Assembly (NCBI GenBank): GCA_963796955.1
Contig: CAWCNJ010000008.1
Location: 160,001 to 224,000, forward strand
Direction: 5' to 3'
DNA from: Endomicrobiales bacterium
GTDB lineage: Bacteria; Elusimicrobiota; Endomicrobiia; Endomicrobiales; JALOBY01
Length of the DNA: 64,000 bases
The notes beneath the pieces are model-generated. The model had not been told where the DNA came from. It ran no database searches and saw only the letters and a program-made list of their open reading frames with translations. Below are positions 11,701-21,991 of the stretch, piece by piece. Position numbers and translations under genes: made by a program. Within the stretch, counting starts at the first letter, position 1, and every line of letters begins with the position of its first letter.

Positions 11701-13947
11701 TTGAAAAAGATACTTTTAGCCGGAATACTTTTTTTCGCGTTGACACCGCTTTTTGCCGGTTCCGAAGACGGCCGTGCCATAAAATCCATAAACATAACCG
11801 GTACGATGAACGTCAAAGAAAAAACCGTCCGCTCGGCCTTGAAATCCAAGGTCGGAAAACCGTATTCTCAAGATAAAGTCAAAAACGATATACAGGACAT
11901 TTTGTCGCTGGGATATTTCGACGATGTACAGGTCGCCGTTGATACAGACTCCATGAGGGTCACCTATGCGGTAAAAGAGAAACCCTACATAACGAAAATA
12001 AGCGTCAAAGGTAACCAGAAATTCTCCCAGGGCCGCCTGAAGGACGAGTTCACGTTGAAGGAAAAAGACTATTATGATGTCGCGAAAATGGAAGAGTCAC
12101 GGTCCAAAGCGCTGACCCTGTACCTGGACAAAGGCTATGCTGACGCTAAGATAGATATTATCCCTACCACTGATGAAGCCACTAACCGGATGACCGTCAG
12201 CTTTCTGGTAAGCGAAGGGCATCAGATATTGATCGGTTCGGTTACCGTAAGCGGTGTGAAGTCGTTCAAAACAAAAAAAATCGCCGGCCTGATGAAAACT
12301 AAAAAAAAGAAAGTATACAAAGCTGATACGATCGGCGAAGACCGTAAGGCGATAGAAGAGTTCTATAAGAACAACGGCTTTACCGAGGCCTCGGTGGGTG
12401 AACCGATAATTACGTACAATGCTGAGCGCACTCAGATGTTCATTGAGATAGTAATCACTGAAGGAATAAAGTATCATATCGGCTCGATCGGGTTTTCCGG
12501 GAACGCTATCTACACCAGCGGCGAGCTGTCCCGTATCGTGTCTCTGAAAAAAGGCGAATTGTACAAGCAGGAACAATTTAACGAAAGCAAAGCGGCGCTC
12601 ATGGATCAATACTCGGACCGTGGATATCTCAGGGCGCAAATTGAACCTCAACTTCAGCCTGATAATGAAAAGGGCGAAATGAATATTATTTATAAGATCA
12701 CCGAAGGTCCGGTTGTGTACCTGGGACGGTTGTTCATAGACGGTCTTGAGTCCACTAAGGAGTTCGTGATACGCCGCGAAGTATTGCTGAAGGAGGGAGA
12801 TGTATTCAGTTCTTCAAAAGTAAAACGCAGTTTAGAAAAAATTTATAATCTTGGTTTTATAGATGCCGCTGAACCGGAGCTGCAGCCGACCGATAAACCG
12901 GACATCATGGATATGGTACTGAACGTTACCGAAGGCAAACCAGGTATGTTATCAGCGGGGGCAGGTTACTCATCCGTCAATGGAATGGTCGGCACGTTAC
13001 AGTTGTCTCACATGAATTTATTCGGACGGGCTGAAAAATTAAACCTTATGTGGGAATTCGGCGGGATCACGAACTACCAGATAAGCTGGACCGAACCGTG
13101 GTTCCTGAATAAACCAATGAGCCTCAGCGCCAGCGTTTTTGATACATTAACCGCCCGCGATTATGCTAATATCACTTCTGCCTATAACGAAACCCGCGTC
13201 GGTGGAAGCGTAACGATCGGGCCCCGCATATCCGACAATCTCGGTCTGCAGTTCGGCTATTCCTATGAAGAGATAGGCGTAAGCGTGCAGAACGTTTCGA
13301 TCTCATCGGTTGTGCCCAATTCTCTCGACATAACATCCAGTGTGTCCGGCCAGATAATATGGGATACGCGCGACAATGTGTTTGACCCGACGCGCGGCGA
13401 CAAGCAATCGCTCGGTGTGCAGCTGGCGGGCGGCCCTGTCGGCGGTTCCGTTAATTTTGTCAAACCGACGATAAAAAGCTCCTGGTTTTTTCCGACGTTC
13501 TGGAAGTTCGTGCTTTCCCTGAACGGAACTGCGGGCCTGGTGCAGAACTTCGGCAGTTCCGCTGATGTGCCGATATACGAGCGGTTCTACGTAGGCGGGG
13601 CCGACACTGTTCGCGGCTATAAATATCGAGGAGAGATCGGCAGCGACAACGGCGGGAAGGCGATGTCCTATTTTAACGCAGAATACAAGTTCCCTATAGC
13701 CCAGGAAAAGAATAAAACAATACTTGAAGGAGCCTTTTTTGCCGACATGGGCGGCGACTGGGACAATCCCGGTGATTTTACTATGCAGATCGGGCAGAGC
13801 AAAAATGATATGAAATCAGGCGTTGGCTTCGGGATAAGATTTACCACACCTGTCTTCCCGTTGAGACTTGACTGGGGATACGGCCTCAACCACAATCCGG
13901 GCGAAGAATTAAGCCAATTTTATTTCACGATAGGAAATGTATTCTAA
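11701..13947 (+). CDS. bamA: Outer membrane protein assembly factor BamA
   Basis: Signal peptide, five POTRA repeats, Omp85 barrel with FYVGGADTVRGY, C-terminal FYFTIGNVF; TTG start with AGAGGGG SD. Confidence 0.96.
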   Translation: MKKILLAGILFFALTPLFAGSEDGRAIKSINITGTMNVKEKTVRSALKSKVGKPYSQDKVKNDIQDILSLGYFDDVQVAVDTDSMRVTYAVKEKPYITKISVKGNQKFSQGRLKDEFTLKEKDYYDVAKMEESRSKALTLYLDKGYADAKIDIIPTTDEATNRMTVSFLVSEGHQILIGSVTVSGVKSFKTKKIAGLMKTKKKKVYKADTIGEDRKAIEEFYKNNGFTEASVGEPIITYNAERTQMFIEIVITEGIKYHIGSIGFSGNAIYTSGELSRIVSLKKGELYKQEQFNESKAALMDQYSDRGYLRAQIEPQLQPDNEKGEMNIIYKITEGPVVYLGRLFIDGLESTKEFVIRREVLLKEGDVFSSSKVKRSLEKIYNLGFIDAAEPELQPTDKPDIMDMVLNVTEGKPGMLSAGAGYSSVNGMVGTLQLSHMNLFGRAEKLNLMWEFGGITNYQISWTEPWFLNKPMSLSASVFDTLTARDYANITSAYNETRVGGSVTIGPRISDNLGLQFGYSYEEIGVSVQNVSISSVVPNSLDITSSVSGQIIWDTRDNVFDPTRGDKQSLGVQLAGGPVGGSVNFVKPTIKSSWFFPTFWKFVLSLNGTAGLVQNFGSSADVPIYERFYVGGADTVRGYKYRGEIGSDNGGKAMSYFNAEYKFPIAQEKNKTILEGAFFADMGGDWDNPGDFTMQIGQSKNDMKSGVGFGIRFTTPVFPLRLDWGYGLNHNPGEELSQFYFTIGNVF

Positions 13948-14853
13948 ATGAAACGAGTCCTTCTGTTCTTGCCGCTGCTTGCGGCCTGCCTCATGATGTT
14001 TTTGAATGCAGGCGCGGTTACTATTCAGCTGGACGGCTCTGCTCCGTCACAGCCGGGAAAAAACCCGGTCGTCTCGGGTTCGGCGGGCGTGGGGTATGTT
14101 GATATTGAAAAGGTCTTTAACGAGCATCCTCTTTGTAAGCGCAGCCACGAGGCATTCGATTCGGAGGCGGTTAAAAGAAAAGCGGAATTGAAACTGCTTG
14201 AAAATGAGATAACCGATCTGCAGAGGGTCATTGTTTCCAGTTCAACACAGCTGGATGTCCTCAGGTCAAACCTGGCCCTGCTGAACAAAGGGATCATGCC
14301 GGGTTCCGTTCAATCCTCTACATCAACGCCAATAGTCCAGGCGGCCCCGGTGCCCGGTCCCGTTCGTATTTTACCGGGCATGCTCCAGGCCGGCACAACC
14401 CAGGCGTCAGACGTTATACGATCAACCGGACCGGTTGCCGCTCAAACTATCGCGCCACAAGGCATTTCCTCAACCACCGCTTCAGGCATAGGTACATCTT
14501 CGTCTGGGTACGTTTCATCCTCCGAGAATCCTGCACCGGGCGCTGATCTTCGAACCATGACAGCAACGGTCATTGAAAGCATAAAACAGACGGAAGCGGA
14601 CATTGAGACAATGAAATCCGATGTCCTTAAGAAAAAAGCGAATATCGCGGAAAAATTCAAGCAGAATAAACAGGAGCTTTGCGACCTGGAAGCGCGGCAG
14701 ACCGACGAAGTATTACAGGACATCTATCATATAATCGAGAAGATCGCCAAGGAGCTGAACTTAACCGTGGTGCTTGACAGAAAAGATGTGCTGTACGGAC
14801 AGTCCTATCAGGATTTGACGGAAAAGGTGCTTGAACGCCTGCAAGGGCGATAA
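13948..14853 (+). CDS. skp: OmpH/Skp-family periplasmic chaperone with long Ser/Thr/Pro-rich insertion
   Basis: [11 protein letters not shown]-motif and C-terminal [15 protein letters not shown]...VLYG...[10 protein letters not shown]; position between bamA and lpxD. Confidence 0.8.
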   Translation: MKRVLLFLPLLAACLMMFLNAGAVTIQLDGSAPSQPGKNPVVSGSAGVGYVDIEKVFNEHPLCKRSHEAFDSEAVKRKAELKLLENEITDLQRVIVSSSTQLDVLRSNLALLNKGIMPGSVQSSTSTPIVQAAPVPGPVRILPGMLQAGTTQASDVIRSTGPVAAQTIAPQGISSTTASGIGTSSSGYVSSSENPAPGADLRTMTATVIESIKQTEADIETMKSDVLKKKANIAEKFKQNKQELCDLEARQTDEVLQDIYHIIEKIAKELNLTVVLDRKDVLYGQSYQDLTEKVLERLQGR

Positions 14854-14875
14854 TTTTTTAGCAAGGGACCGACCA

Positions 14876-15904
14876 ATGAACATGAAAGCATCCCAGATCG
14901 CAGAACTTGTCACAGGACGTCTGATAGGCGACCCTGATCTGGTTGTAACCGGCGCCGCAGGGTTGGATGAGGCCGGCCATTCAGATGTCTCTTTCGTTTT
15001 TAACCCAAAGTACGTGAAACATCTCTCAAAGAGCAAGGCGGGTGTTCTTTTGTTGGGTGAAGAAGTAGCAAATTGTAACGCTGTGCAGATCATCGTCAAA
15101 AATCCGCACCTTGCTTTCGCGCAGATCCTGACGATCCTGGAAAAAGAGATCCGGCCTTCTTTTGCCCCGGGTATCCACCCAAAGGCGGTGGTTGCCGGCG
15201 ACGCAAAAATAGCGAAGAACGTATATGTCGGTCCGGGCGTCGTTATAGAACCCGGTGTTTCCATCGGCGAGAACACCCATATAGGCGCAAACTCTTACAT
15301 CGGGCACTCTTCGCGCATCGGGAGCAATACCCGCATATATCCGAATGTCACTATCAGAGAAAATGTGAAGGTAGGCAATAACGTTATCATCCACCCGGGC
15401 ACGGTTTTGGGCTCGGACGGTTTTGGCTTTGTCCCGAGCCCCGCCGGACATTTTAAAGTGCCCCAGATCGGTTCAATTGAAATAGCCGATGACGTAGAGA
15501 TAGGCGCCAATGTTGCCATAGACAGAGCGACGACGGGAAAAACAAAGATCGGAAAAGGCACGAAGATAGACAACCTGGTGCAGATCGCGCACAACGTGAA
15601 GATCGGTGAGCATTGCTTTATAGTCGCACAGGTCGGCATAGCGGGCTCAACGGTGCTCGGAGATTTCGTTACCATCGCCGGGCAGGCGGGGGTATCAGGA
15701 CATTTGAAGATCGGCGACGGCGTGACCATTGCGGGTCAGGCGGCAGTGATAGGCGATGTGCCCGCGAAAGAGATCGTTTCCGGCTATCCGGCGCGTCCGC
15801 ACCGGGAAGCGATGAAAGTGTATGCGTTATCGCAAAAACTGCCTGAGCTTTTTGAAGAAGTAAAAGACATCAGGAATATGTTGCTTGAAATAAAGAACCC
15901 CTGA
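14876..15904 (+). CDS. lpxD: UDP-3-O-(3-hydroxyacyl)glucosamine N-acyltransferase
   Basis: Hexapeptide repeats, [29 protein letters not shown]; start ATG 14876. Confidence 0.96.
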   Translation: MNMKASQIAELVTGRLIGDPDLVVTGAAGLDEAGHSDVSFVFNPKYVKHLSKSKAGVLLLGEEVANCNAVQIIVKNPHLAFAQILTILEKEIRPSFAPGIHPKAVVAGDAKIAKNVYVGPGVVIEPGVSIGENTHIGANSYIGHSSRIGSNTRIYPNVTIRENVKVGNNVIIHPGTVLGSDGFGFVPSPAGHFKVPQIGSIEIADDVEIGANVAIDRATTGKTKIGKGTKIDNLVQIAHNVKIGEHCFIVAQVGIAGSTVLGDFVTIAGQAGVSGHLKIGDGVTIAGQAAVIGDVPAKEIVSGYPARPHREAMKVYALSQKLPELFEEVKDIRNMLLEIKNP

Positions 15905-15937
15905 AATATCGATCCAACGACACATGCAAGGAAAATA

Positions 15938-16783
15938 ATGGAACATCAAACCACTATACGCACGCAAAGCATCCTTTCAGGAATAGGGCTGCATACGGGG
16001 AACCTGAGTACCATCACTTTTAAACCGGCCGCCGAGAACACCGGCGTAGTATTTAAGCGCATAGACTTACCGGGCCAGCCGCTGGTACGCGCCGCCCTTG
16101 ACAACATTTCGGCGGTCGCGGTACGGGGCACCGTGATCGGTTCCGGAAATGAAAAGATCTATACTATCGAGCATATCATGGCGGTCCTTTTTGCTCTTGG
16201 GATCGACAATGTGGAGATCGATATCAATAATAATGAGCCGCCGGTGCTGGATGGCAGCGCGGTATCAATCGTCGATACGTTACTGAAAGCGGGTTTCACT
16301 GAACAGTCGGCCGTGCGCACGTATATGACGCTCAATGCACCCGTCATTTACGAAAGCGGAGAAACCAGAATGCTGGCAGAACCCTCCGATACGTTCACGA
16401 TAGACTGTACGGTCGGTTATAAACATCCGTTCTTAAAACATCAGCAGGCATCGTTCGTTATCTCGCAGGATACCTTCATACGGGAGTTGTCAAAAGCCCG
16501 CACTTTTTGTTTCGATTATGAGATAGAAGCGCTCCAGTCAAAAGGCCTTGCGAAAGGCGGTAATTTCGACAACGCGATCGTTATCGCACCGAACGGCATT
16601 CACAACCCCGATAAGACGCTGCGCTATCCCGATGAATTTGTCCGTCATAAAACCCTTGATCTGCTGGGAGATCTCTACCTTTTGGGCAGGCGTTTAAAGG
16701 CAAAGATAACCGCGGTTAAACCAGGACACAACCATAATGTTCAGTTCGCACGAGCTATCGCAAAATCCAACGGAGGGTTTTAA
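15938..16783 (+). CDS. lpxC: UDP-3-O-acyl-GlcNAc deacetylase
   Basis: GIGLHTG, TIEH, EPPVLDGSA, ARTF, HKTLDLLGD, GH zinc/catalytic motifs. Confidence 0.96.
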   Translation: MEHQTTIRTQSILSGIGLHTGNLSTITFKPAAENTGVVFKRIDLPGQPLVRAALDNISAVAVRGTVIGSGNEKIYTIEHIMAVLFALGIDNVEIDINNNEPPVLDGSAVSIVDTLLKAGFTEQSAVRTYMTLNAPVIYESGETRMLAEPSDTFTIDCTVGYKHPFLKHQQASFVISQDTFIRELSKARTFCFDYEIEALQSKGLAKGGNFDNAIVIAPNGIHNPDKTLRYPDEFVRHKTLDLLGDLYLLGRRLKAKITAVKPGHNHNVQFARAIAKSNGGF

Positions 16784-17271
16784 TGACTGAAACGGGCCAG
16801 ATACCTCAGATGCCGCAGATACCGCAGGGACAGTATTTTGATATCAATGCTATTAAAAAGATCATCCCTCACCGCTACCCGATGCTGTTGATCGACCGGG
16901 TTGTTATCGTTGAAGAACTAAAAAAAGCGATCGGGTATAAGTGCGTCAGCGGGAACGAAGAATATTTTAACGGACATTTCCCGGTGCAGCCGATCATGCC
17001 GGGGGTGTTGATCGTTGAAGCGATGGCGCAGACCGCCTGCGTGCTGTTCCTCTCAAAGCCTGAGAACCTGGGCAAACTCGCGGTTTTTATGGGTATCGAC
17101 GCGGTAAAATTCCGCAAACCCGTCACTCCGGGCGATGTGCTGGAGCTGCGTGTGGACGTTATCCGCGCGCGCGAGAAGGGCGGCAAGGTGCGCGGCGAAA
17201 CGTATGTCAACGGTCAATTGACGACCGAATGCGAATTCATGTTCGCGGTCATAGACAATAACACAAAATAA
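16783..17271 (+). CDS. fabZ: 3-hydroxyacyl-ACP dehydratase
   Basis: IPHRYPMLLIDRV, FNGHFPVQPIMPGVLIVEAMAQ, FRKPVTPGD. Confidence 0.97.
   Translation: MTETGQIPQMPQIPQGQYFDINAIKKIIPHRYPMLLIDRVVIVEELKKAIGYKCVSGNEEYFNGHFPVQPIMPGVLIVEAMAQTACVLFLSKPENLGKLAVFMGIDAVKFRKPVTPGDVLELRVDVIRAREKGGKVRGETYVNGQLTTECEFMFAVIDNNTK
16798..16827 (+). repeat. Short imperfect 9-nt tandem repeat in the fabZ N-terminus (QIP-QMP-QIP-Q)
   Basis: CAGATACCT CAGATGCCG CAGATACCG CAG read directly. Confidence 0.7.
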
Positions 17272-17286
17272 CTACCGGAGCATAGC

Positions 17287-18075
17287 ATGATACATCCCAC
17301 AGCGATCATACACCGCAGCGCCCGTCTTGATGCGACCGTTTCAGTCGGACCTTACGCGGTCATCGGCGAAAATGTAGTAATAGGTGAAGGCACGACTGTC
17401 GGCCCTCATGCGGTCATCGAGGCCGCGGATATAGGAAAGAATTGCCGTATATTCCCGCACGCCTCGGTCGGCCTGGCGCCGCAAGATCTGAAATATAATA
17501 ATGAACCGACTAGAATAGTTATCGGCGACCGCTGCACGGTCCGGGAATTCGTTACGCTTAACAGAGGAACCACCGCCACGGGCAAGACCGTTATCGGCAG
17601 CGACTGTCTTTTTATGGCCTACACCCACGTCGCGCACGACTGCGTGCTGGGCAACGGCATCATTATGGCAAATGCGGCCACCCTCGGCGGCCATGTCGAG
17701 GTGGGGGATTACGCGGTATTCGGCGGGATATCCGCCGTGCACCAGTTCACGAGGATAGGTCGTCTGGCGATGATCGCGGGCGGCGCTATGGTAAGCCAGG
17801 ATGTGATCCCGTTCGGGCAGGCGCATGACAACCGGGCGCGTCTGGTGGGCTTAAATCTTGTCGGCATGAAACGCCGCGGTTTTTCGCGCGATACGATCGA
17901 CGAGATAAAGCAGGCCTTCAAAACACTTTTTATGTCCAGCATACCCATCGGCGAAGCGATGGACCAGCTGGGGGCAAGCGGTCCCTCGGATGAAGTGAAG
18001 GAATTGATCGCGTTCATAGCTTCCTCAAAACGCGGCATCTGCCGGCCCGGCAACAAGGAAGATTCCGAAGAATGA
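17287..18075 (+). CDS. lpxA: Acyl-ACP--UDP-GlcNAc(3N) acyltransferase
   Basis: MIHPTAII, PQDLKY, IREFVT-like TVREFVTLNRGT, HVAHDC, GHVEV, VHQF, GLNLVGMKRRGF. Confidence 0.97.
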   Translation: MIHPTAIIHRSARLDATVSVGPYAVIGENVVIGEGTTVGPHAVIEAADIGKNCRIFPHASVGLAPQDLKYNNEPTRIVIGDRCTVREFVTLNRGTTATGKTVIGSDCLFMAYTHVAHDCVLGNGIIMANAATLGGHVEVGDYAVFGGISAVHQFTRIGRLAMIAGGAMVSQDVIPFGQAHDNRARLVGLNLVGMKRRGFSRDTIDEIKQAFKTLFMSSIPIGEAMDQLGASGPSDEVKELIAFIASSKRGICRPGNKEDSEE

Positions 18076-18872
18076 GCGTAATAGGCCTGATCGCCGGCAA
18101 TGGCCGGTTCCCATTCCTCGTCGCTGAAGAGATACGCAAAAGGGGCGATTCTGTCGCCCTTCTTGCGTTAAAGGAAGAGACCGATCCGGCCATTGAAAAA
18201 CTTGCCGACTCCTGCGCTTGGATATCTGTGGGACAATTTCAGAAGTTGATAGATTTTTTTCATTCAAAACAGGCCGGGACGGCGATCATGGCCGGGCAGG
18301 TCAAGCACGCCCGGCTATTCGACGGACTGGCCCTTGACTGGCGGGCGTTGAAGCTGCTCGGGAAGTTGGTCAATAAAAAGACCGACAGTATACTCGGTGC
18401 AGTCTGCTCTGAACTTGAAAAAGAGGGGATCAAACTGCTTCCCTCGCATCAATACCTTTCGCACCTGCTGCCCGAAAAAGGCATCCTGGCGGGACCGAAA
18501 CTTTCCAAAGAAGAAAAGGAGAACGTCGCGTTCGGGCATGAAACCGCTAAGGCGATAGCAGGGCTCGATATCGGCCAGACCGTGGTCGTTAAGGATATGT
18601 CGGTGATAGCCGTTGAAAGCATTGAAGGTACCGACGAGTGCATCCGTCGCGCGGCACAGTATGCGAAAGACGGTGTCATTGTCGCCAAAGTCGCGAAACC
18701 GAAACAAGATTTCAGATTTGATGTGCCTGTAATAGGCATGAACACTATCAACACACTTAAAGAATGCAGGGCGCGCGCTCTGGCGATAGAAGCGGGAGCC
18801 ACCCTGATGATCGGCAAACCGGAGCTGCTGGCCGCCGCCGAGGCCGCAAAGATCACCATAATCGCGCTATAG
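18072..18872 (+). CDS. lpxI: UDP-2,3-diacylglucosamine diphosphatase LpxI
   Basis: GLIAGNGRFP, DIGQTVVV, AVESIEGTD, KPKQDFRFDVPVIG; follows lpxA. Confidence 0.93.
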   Translation: MSVIGLIAGNGRFPFLVAEEIRKRGDSVALLALKEETDPAIEKLADSCAWISVGQFQKLIDFFHSKQAGTAIMAGQVKHARLFDGLALDWRALKLLGKLVNKKTDSILGAVCSELEKEGIKLLPSHQYLSHLLPEKGILAGPKLSKEEKENVAFGHETAKAIAGLDIGQTVVVKDMSVIAVESIEGTDECIRRAAQYAKDGVIVAKVAKPKQDFRFDVPVIGMNTINTLKECRARALAIEAGATLMIGKPELLAAAEAAKITIIAL

Positions 18873-18883
18873 AAGGAAACACC

Positions 18884-19978
18884 ATGCTTGGACTTGTTCA
18901 CCCGATCGTAGGAAGCGAAGAAAAGAAGGTGCTTAACGAGATCATTGATTCCCGCATGCTGGCAGCTGGAAAATATGTAACTGAGTTCGAGAATGTCTGC
19001 GCCCGGGCTTTTAACGCGAAACACTGCGTGGCAGTTTCGAACGGCACGACCGCACTGCACGCGGCGTTACTGGGCGCCGGTATCAAGACGGGGGATCAGG
19101 TGTTGACGACTGCGATGTCCTTCATCGCGACGGCCAACAGCATACTGTACTGTCAGGCAAAACCGGTTTTTGCCGACATAGATCCTGCAACGCTGAACAT
19201 CTCCCCGGAAGCTGCAGAAACGATCCTGAATAAAAATAAAAAAATAAAAGCGATACTGCTGGTACACCTGTTCGGCGTGCCGTGCGATATGGCGGCGTTC
19301 ATAAAACTTTCCAGAAAATATAAGGTCAAACTTATTGAAGACTGCGCCCAGGCCCACGGCGCTGCGTTCGAGGGGACCACCGTCGGGACCTTCGGCACAG
19401 CATCCGCATTCTCGTTCTATGCCACAAAGAATGTGATGTGCGGCGAAGGCGGGATCGTGCTTACCGCAAGCAGCGCCGTAGACAAGAATGTCCGCAGCAT
19501 CATCAACCACGGACGCAGCGAGCATTCGACCCATACCATTCTCGGTTATAATTACCGTCTGACGAACCTCGCCGCCGGTATCGGCATTGTGCAAATGGGA
19601 CACCTGCAGGAATGGAACGCTGCACGGCGCTCGAACGCGGCCTATCTGACGGAGCGTCTCCAGAAATTCTCTTTCTTAAAAACCCCGGTGATCCCCTCAA
19701 ATTGCACCCCGGTATTTCACCAGTACACCATCAGAGTCAAGCCCGGGGTCAGGGAACGGCTGATGAAGCATTTACATTCCAGCGGCGTAGGGTGCGGCAT
19801 ATATTATCCGGTACCGATGCATCTGCAGCCGTTGTATAAAAGAATGGGCTATAAAGCCGGACTGTGCCCGGTCGCCGAAAAAGCGGCTAAAGAGGTACTT
19901 TCTATCCCGGTGCATCCGGCACTGACAGCGTCAGACCTGAAACTCATCATCGATACATTCGCCTCCTTTAAGGCTTAA
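18884..19978 (+). CDS. gnnB: DegT/DnrJ/EryC1/StrS sugar aminotransferase, GnnB-like
   Basis: SNGTTALH, EDCAQAHG, FSFYATKN (PLP Lys), GEGG, GYNYR; ATG 18884 with AAGGA SD; family certain, GnnB assignment from position in the lpx operon. Confidence 0.8.
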   Translation: MLGLVHPIVGSEEKKVLNEIIDSRMLAAGKYVTEFENVCARAFNAKHCVAVSNGTTALHAALLGAGIKTGDQVLTTAMSFIATANSILYCQAKPVFADIDPATLNISPEAAETILNKNKKIKAILLVHLFGVPCDMAAFIKLSRKYKVKLIEDCAQAHGAAFEGTTVGTFGTASAFSFYATKNVMCGEGGIVLTASSAVDKNVRSIINHGRSEHSTHTILGYNYRLTNLAAGIGIVQMGHLQEWNAARRSNAAYLTERLQKFSFLKTPVIPSNCTPVFHQYTIRVKPGVRERLMKHLHSSGVGCGIYYPVPMHLQPLYKRMGYKAGLCPVAEKAAKEVLSIPVHPALTASDLKLIIDTFASFKA

Positions 19979-19979
19979 C

Positions 19980-20915
19980 ATGGAAAAACTCACTACGGCT
20001 GTCATCGGCGTCGGTTCACTGGGGCAGCACCACGCCAGGATACTGGCACAACATCCTGCTTCCTCCTTAGCAGCTGTGGTCGACAATGACCTGAAACGGG
20101 CTGAAAAGATCGCATTGGGTCTGCATGTGCCTGCCTATAAAGACCATCATGAGGTGATAGGGAAGGCGCGCCTTGCGGTAATAGCCGTCCCGACACCGTT
20201 CCATTTCTCAATCGCAAAAGATCTGATAGAAGCCGGTATACACGTTCTGGTGGAGAAGCCGTTCACGGAAACCGTCGAGCAGGCGAAAGAACTTATCGCG
20301 CTCGCCGAATCAAAGGGTGTCATACTGCAAGTCGGACTGATCGAGCGTTTCAACCCTGCTGTTATCAGCGCCCAGGAATATATCAACAAACCAAAATTCA
20401 TAGAGGTCAACAGGCTTGGGCCGTATGATCCGCGGACCAGCCACATCGGGGTCGTTATGGACCTTATGATACACGACATTGATATCGTATTATCACTGAT
20501 AGGGGAAAAAGTGGTCTCGGTAGAGGCTCACGGCGCCTCCATTTTGTCGGAGCACGAAGACATCGTTAAAGCACGGATAAAATTCGAGGGCGGTTGTGTC
20601 GCCGATATTTCAGCAAGCCGCGTCTCGCTGGAAAAATACCGCAAGATCAGATTATTCCAGGCCGATAGTTATATCTCCATTGACTACGCGGGAAAATCGC
20701 TGAAGGTGTACCGTAAGAAAAAACCCGTTGTAAAATCGTTATTAGACATCGAAGTGACCAGCCCAAAACTAAAGAACGACGAACAGCTCTTCCTGGAGTT
20801 GGACCATTTCATAACCTGTGTTATTGAAGGAAGAAAACCCGAGGTGACCGGCGAACACGGCCGGGACGCGCTGGAGCTGGCGCTTGAGATACTGAGGAAC
20901 CTGAATAATCAATGA
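19980..20915 (+). CDS. gnnA: Gfo/Idh/MocA NAD-dependent oxidoreductase, GnnA-like
   Basis: VIGVGSLG, HVLVEKP, ERFNPA, VVMDLMIHDID, ISASRVS; lies between lpxI/gnnB and lpxB. Confidence 0.8.
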   Translation: MEKLTTAVIGVGSLGQHHARILAQHPASSLAAVVDNDLKRAEKIALGLHVPAYKDHHEVIGKARLAVIAVPTPFHFSIAKDLIEAGIHVLVEKPFTETVEQAKELIALAESKGVILQVGLIERFNPAVISAQEYINKPKFIEVNRLGPYDPRTSHIGVVMDLMIHDIDIVLSLIGEKVVSVEAHGASILSEHEDIVKARIKFEGGCVADISASRVSLEKYRKIRLFQADSYISIDYAGKSLKVYRKKKPVVKSLLDIEVTSPKLKNDEQLFLELDHFITCVIEGRKPEVTGEHGRDALELALEILRNLNNQ

Positions 20916-21991
20916 ACCTTTTCATTTCCGCAGGCGATCACTCCGGCGATATCCATGCCGCGAACCTTATCAAGGCGGTCCGCGCGCGCGTCGGGACGGT
21001 GCTCGTTGAAGCGCTGGGCGGCGGGCAGTTAAAAGATGTCGCCGACAAGTTCGACGCGGATCTGGTGAGCCTTGGCGGTTTCGGGTTCTGGCAGCCGTTC
21101 AAACAATACTTTAAACTTAAAAAGATATTCAACGACTATATTGTCGAAGGTTGGAAAGAACACAGACCGGATGTTGTCGTGCTGGTCGATTATTATGGTT
21201 TTAATATCCATGTGGCCCGATACGCGAAAAAATGCGGGATCCCGGTTTATTATTTTGTCGGACCGCAGGTGTGGGCCAGCCGGCCCGGACGCATAGATCA
21301 GTTGAGGAAAACCGTAACAAAAATGTTGTTGATACTGCCTTTTGAGGAAAAAATATACCACAATGCAGGTGTGCCGGCCGTCTTCGTAGGCAACCCGATG
21401 ATAGATACGGTCCCGGAAGCCGTGACGCCGCCGGAACAGGGCACGCCCTATATAGGTTTATTCCCCGGCAGCAGACCCAATGTTCTTAAGCGCCATCTGC
21501 CCATCCTGCTTAACACAGCCCGGATACTTGAAAATTCAACCCACGCGCGCTTCGCCTTCTTCGCGTCAAAAAATACCGCCGATCTTTTTGCCGGTCTGCC
21601 CTACCCGGTAATAATCGAGGATAATTATAACGAACGCCGGAAACTTACCCTCGCGATCACCACGTCCGGCACGGTAAGCCTGGAAAATGCATTGCTGGGA
21701 ATACCGATGATCGTAATGTACCGGCTCTCATCATTTAATTTCGCGCTTGCCAAGCTGCTCGTTTCCATTCCTTTTATCGCGATGGCGAACATTCTAACCA
21801 ATAAACAACTGGTGCCCGAACTTATACAGGACAAGGCCAACCCGAAGGATATTTCCGCCGCAGCGCTGCGCTATTTGAACGACCACGCGTATTTCTCTGC
21901 GGTCAGGAGCGAACTTTTGACTATCCGAAAGGACTTGGGAGCTCCCGGCGTATACGCCCGGGCGGCACAGATCATACTGGAGAATACATGA
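20912..21991 (+). CDS. lpxB: Lipid-A-disaccharide synthase
   Basis: ISAGDHSGD, VDYYGFN, PQVWASR, LPFE, FPGSR, SGTVSLE, PELIQ. Confidence 0.95.
   Translation: MNLFISAGDHSGDIHAANLIKAVRARVGTVLVEALGGGQLKDVADKFDADLVSLGGFGFWQPFKQYFKLKKIFNDYIVEGWKEHRPDVVVLVDYYGFNIHVARYAKKCGIPVYYFVGPQVWASRPGRIDQLRKTVTKMLLILPFEEKIYHNAGVPAVFVGNPMIDTVPEAVTPPEQGTPYIGLFPGSRPNVLKRHLPILLNTARILENSTHARFAFFASKNTADLFAGLPYPVIIEDNYNERRKLTLAITTSGTVSLENALLGIPMIVMYRLSSFNFALAKLLVSIPFIAMANILTNKQLVPELIQDKANPKDISAAALRYLNDHAYFSAVRSELLTIRKDLGAPGVYARAAQIILENT

Noticed and set aside
12271..12312. A8 runs in bamA as possible phase-variation tracts
   Set aside because: They encode Lys-rich sequence in an intact essential gene.
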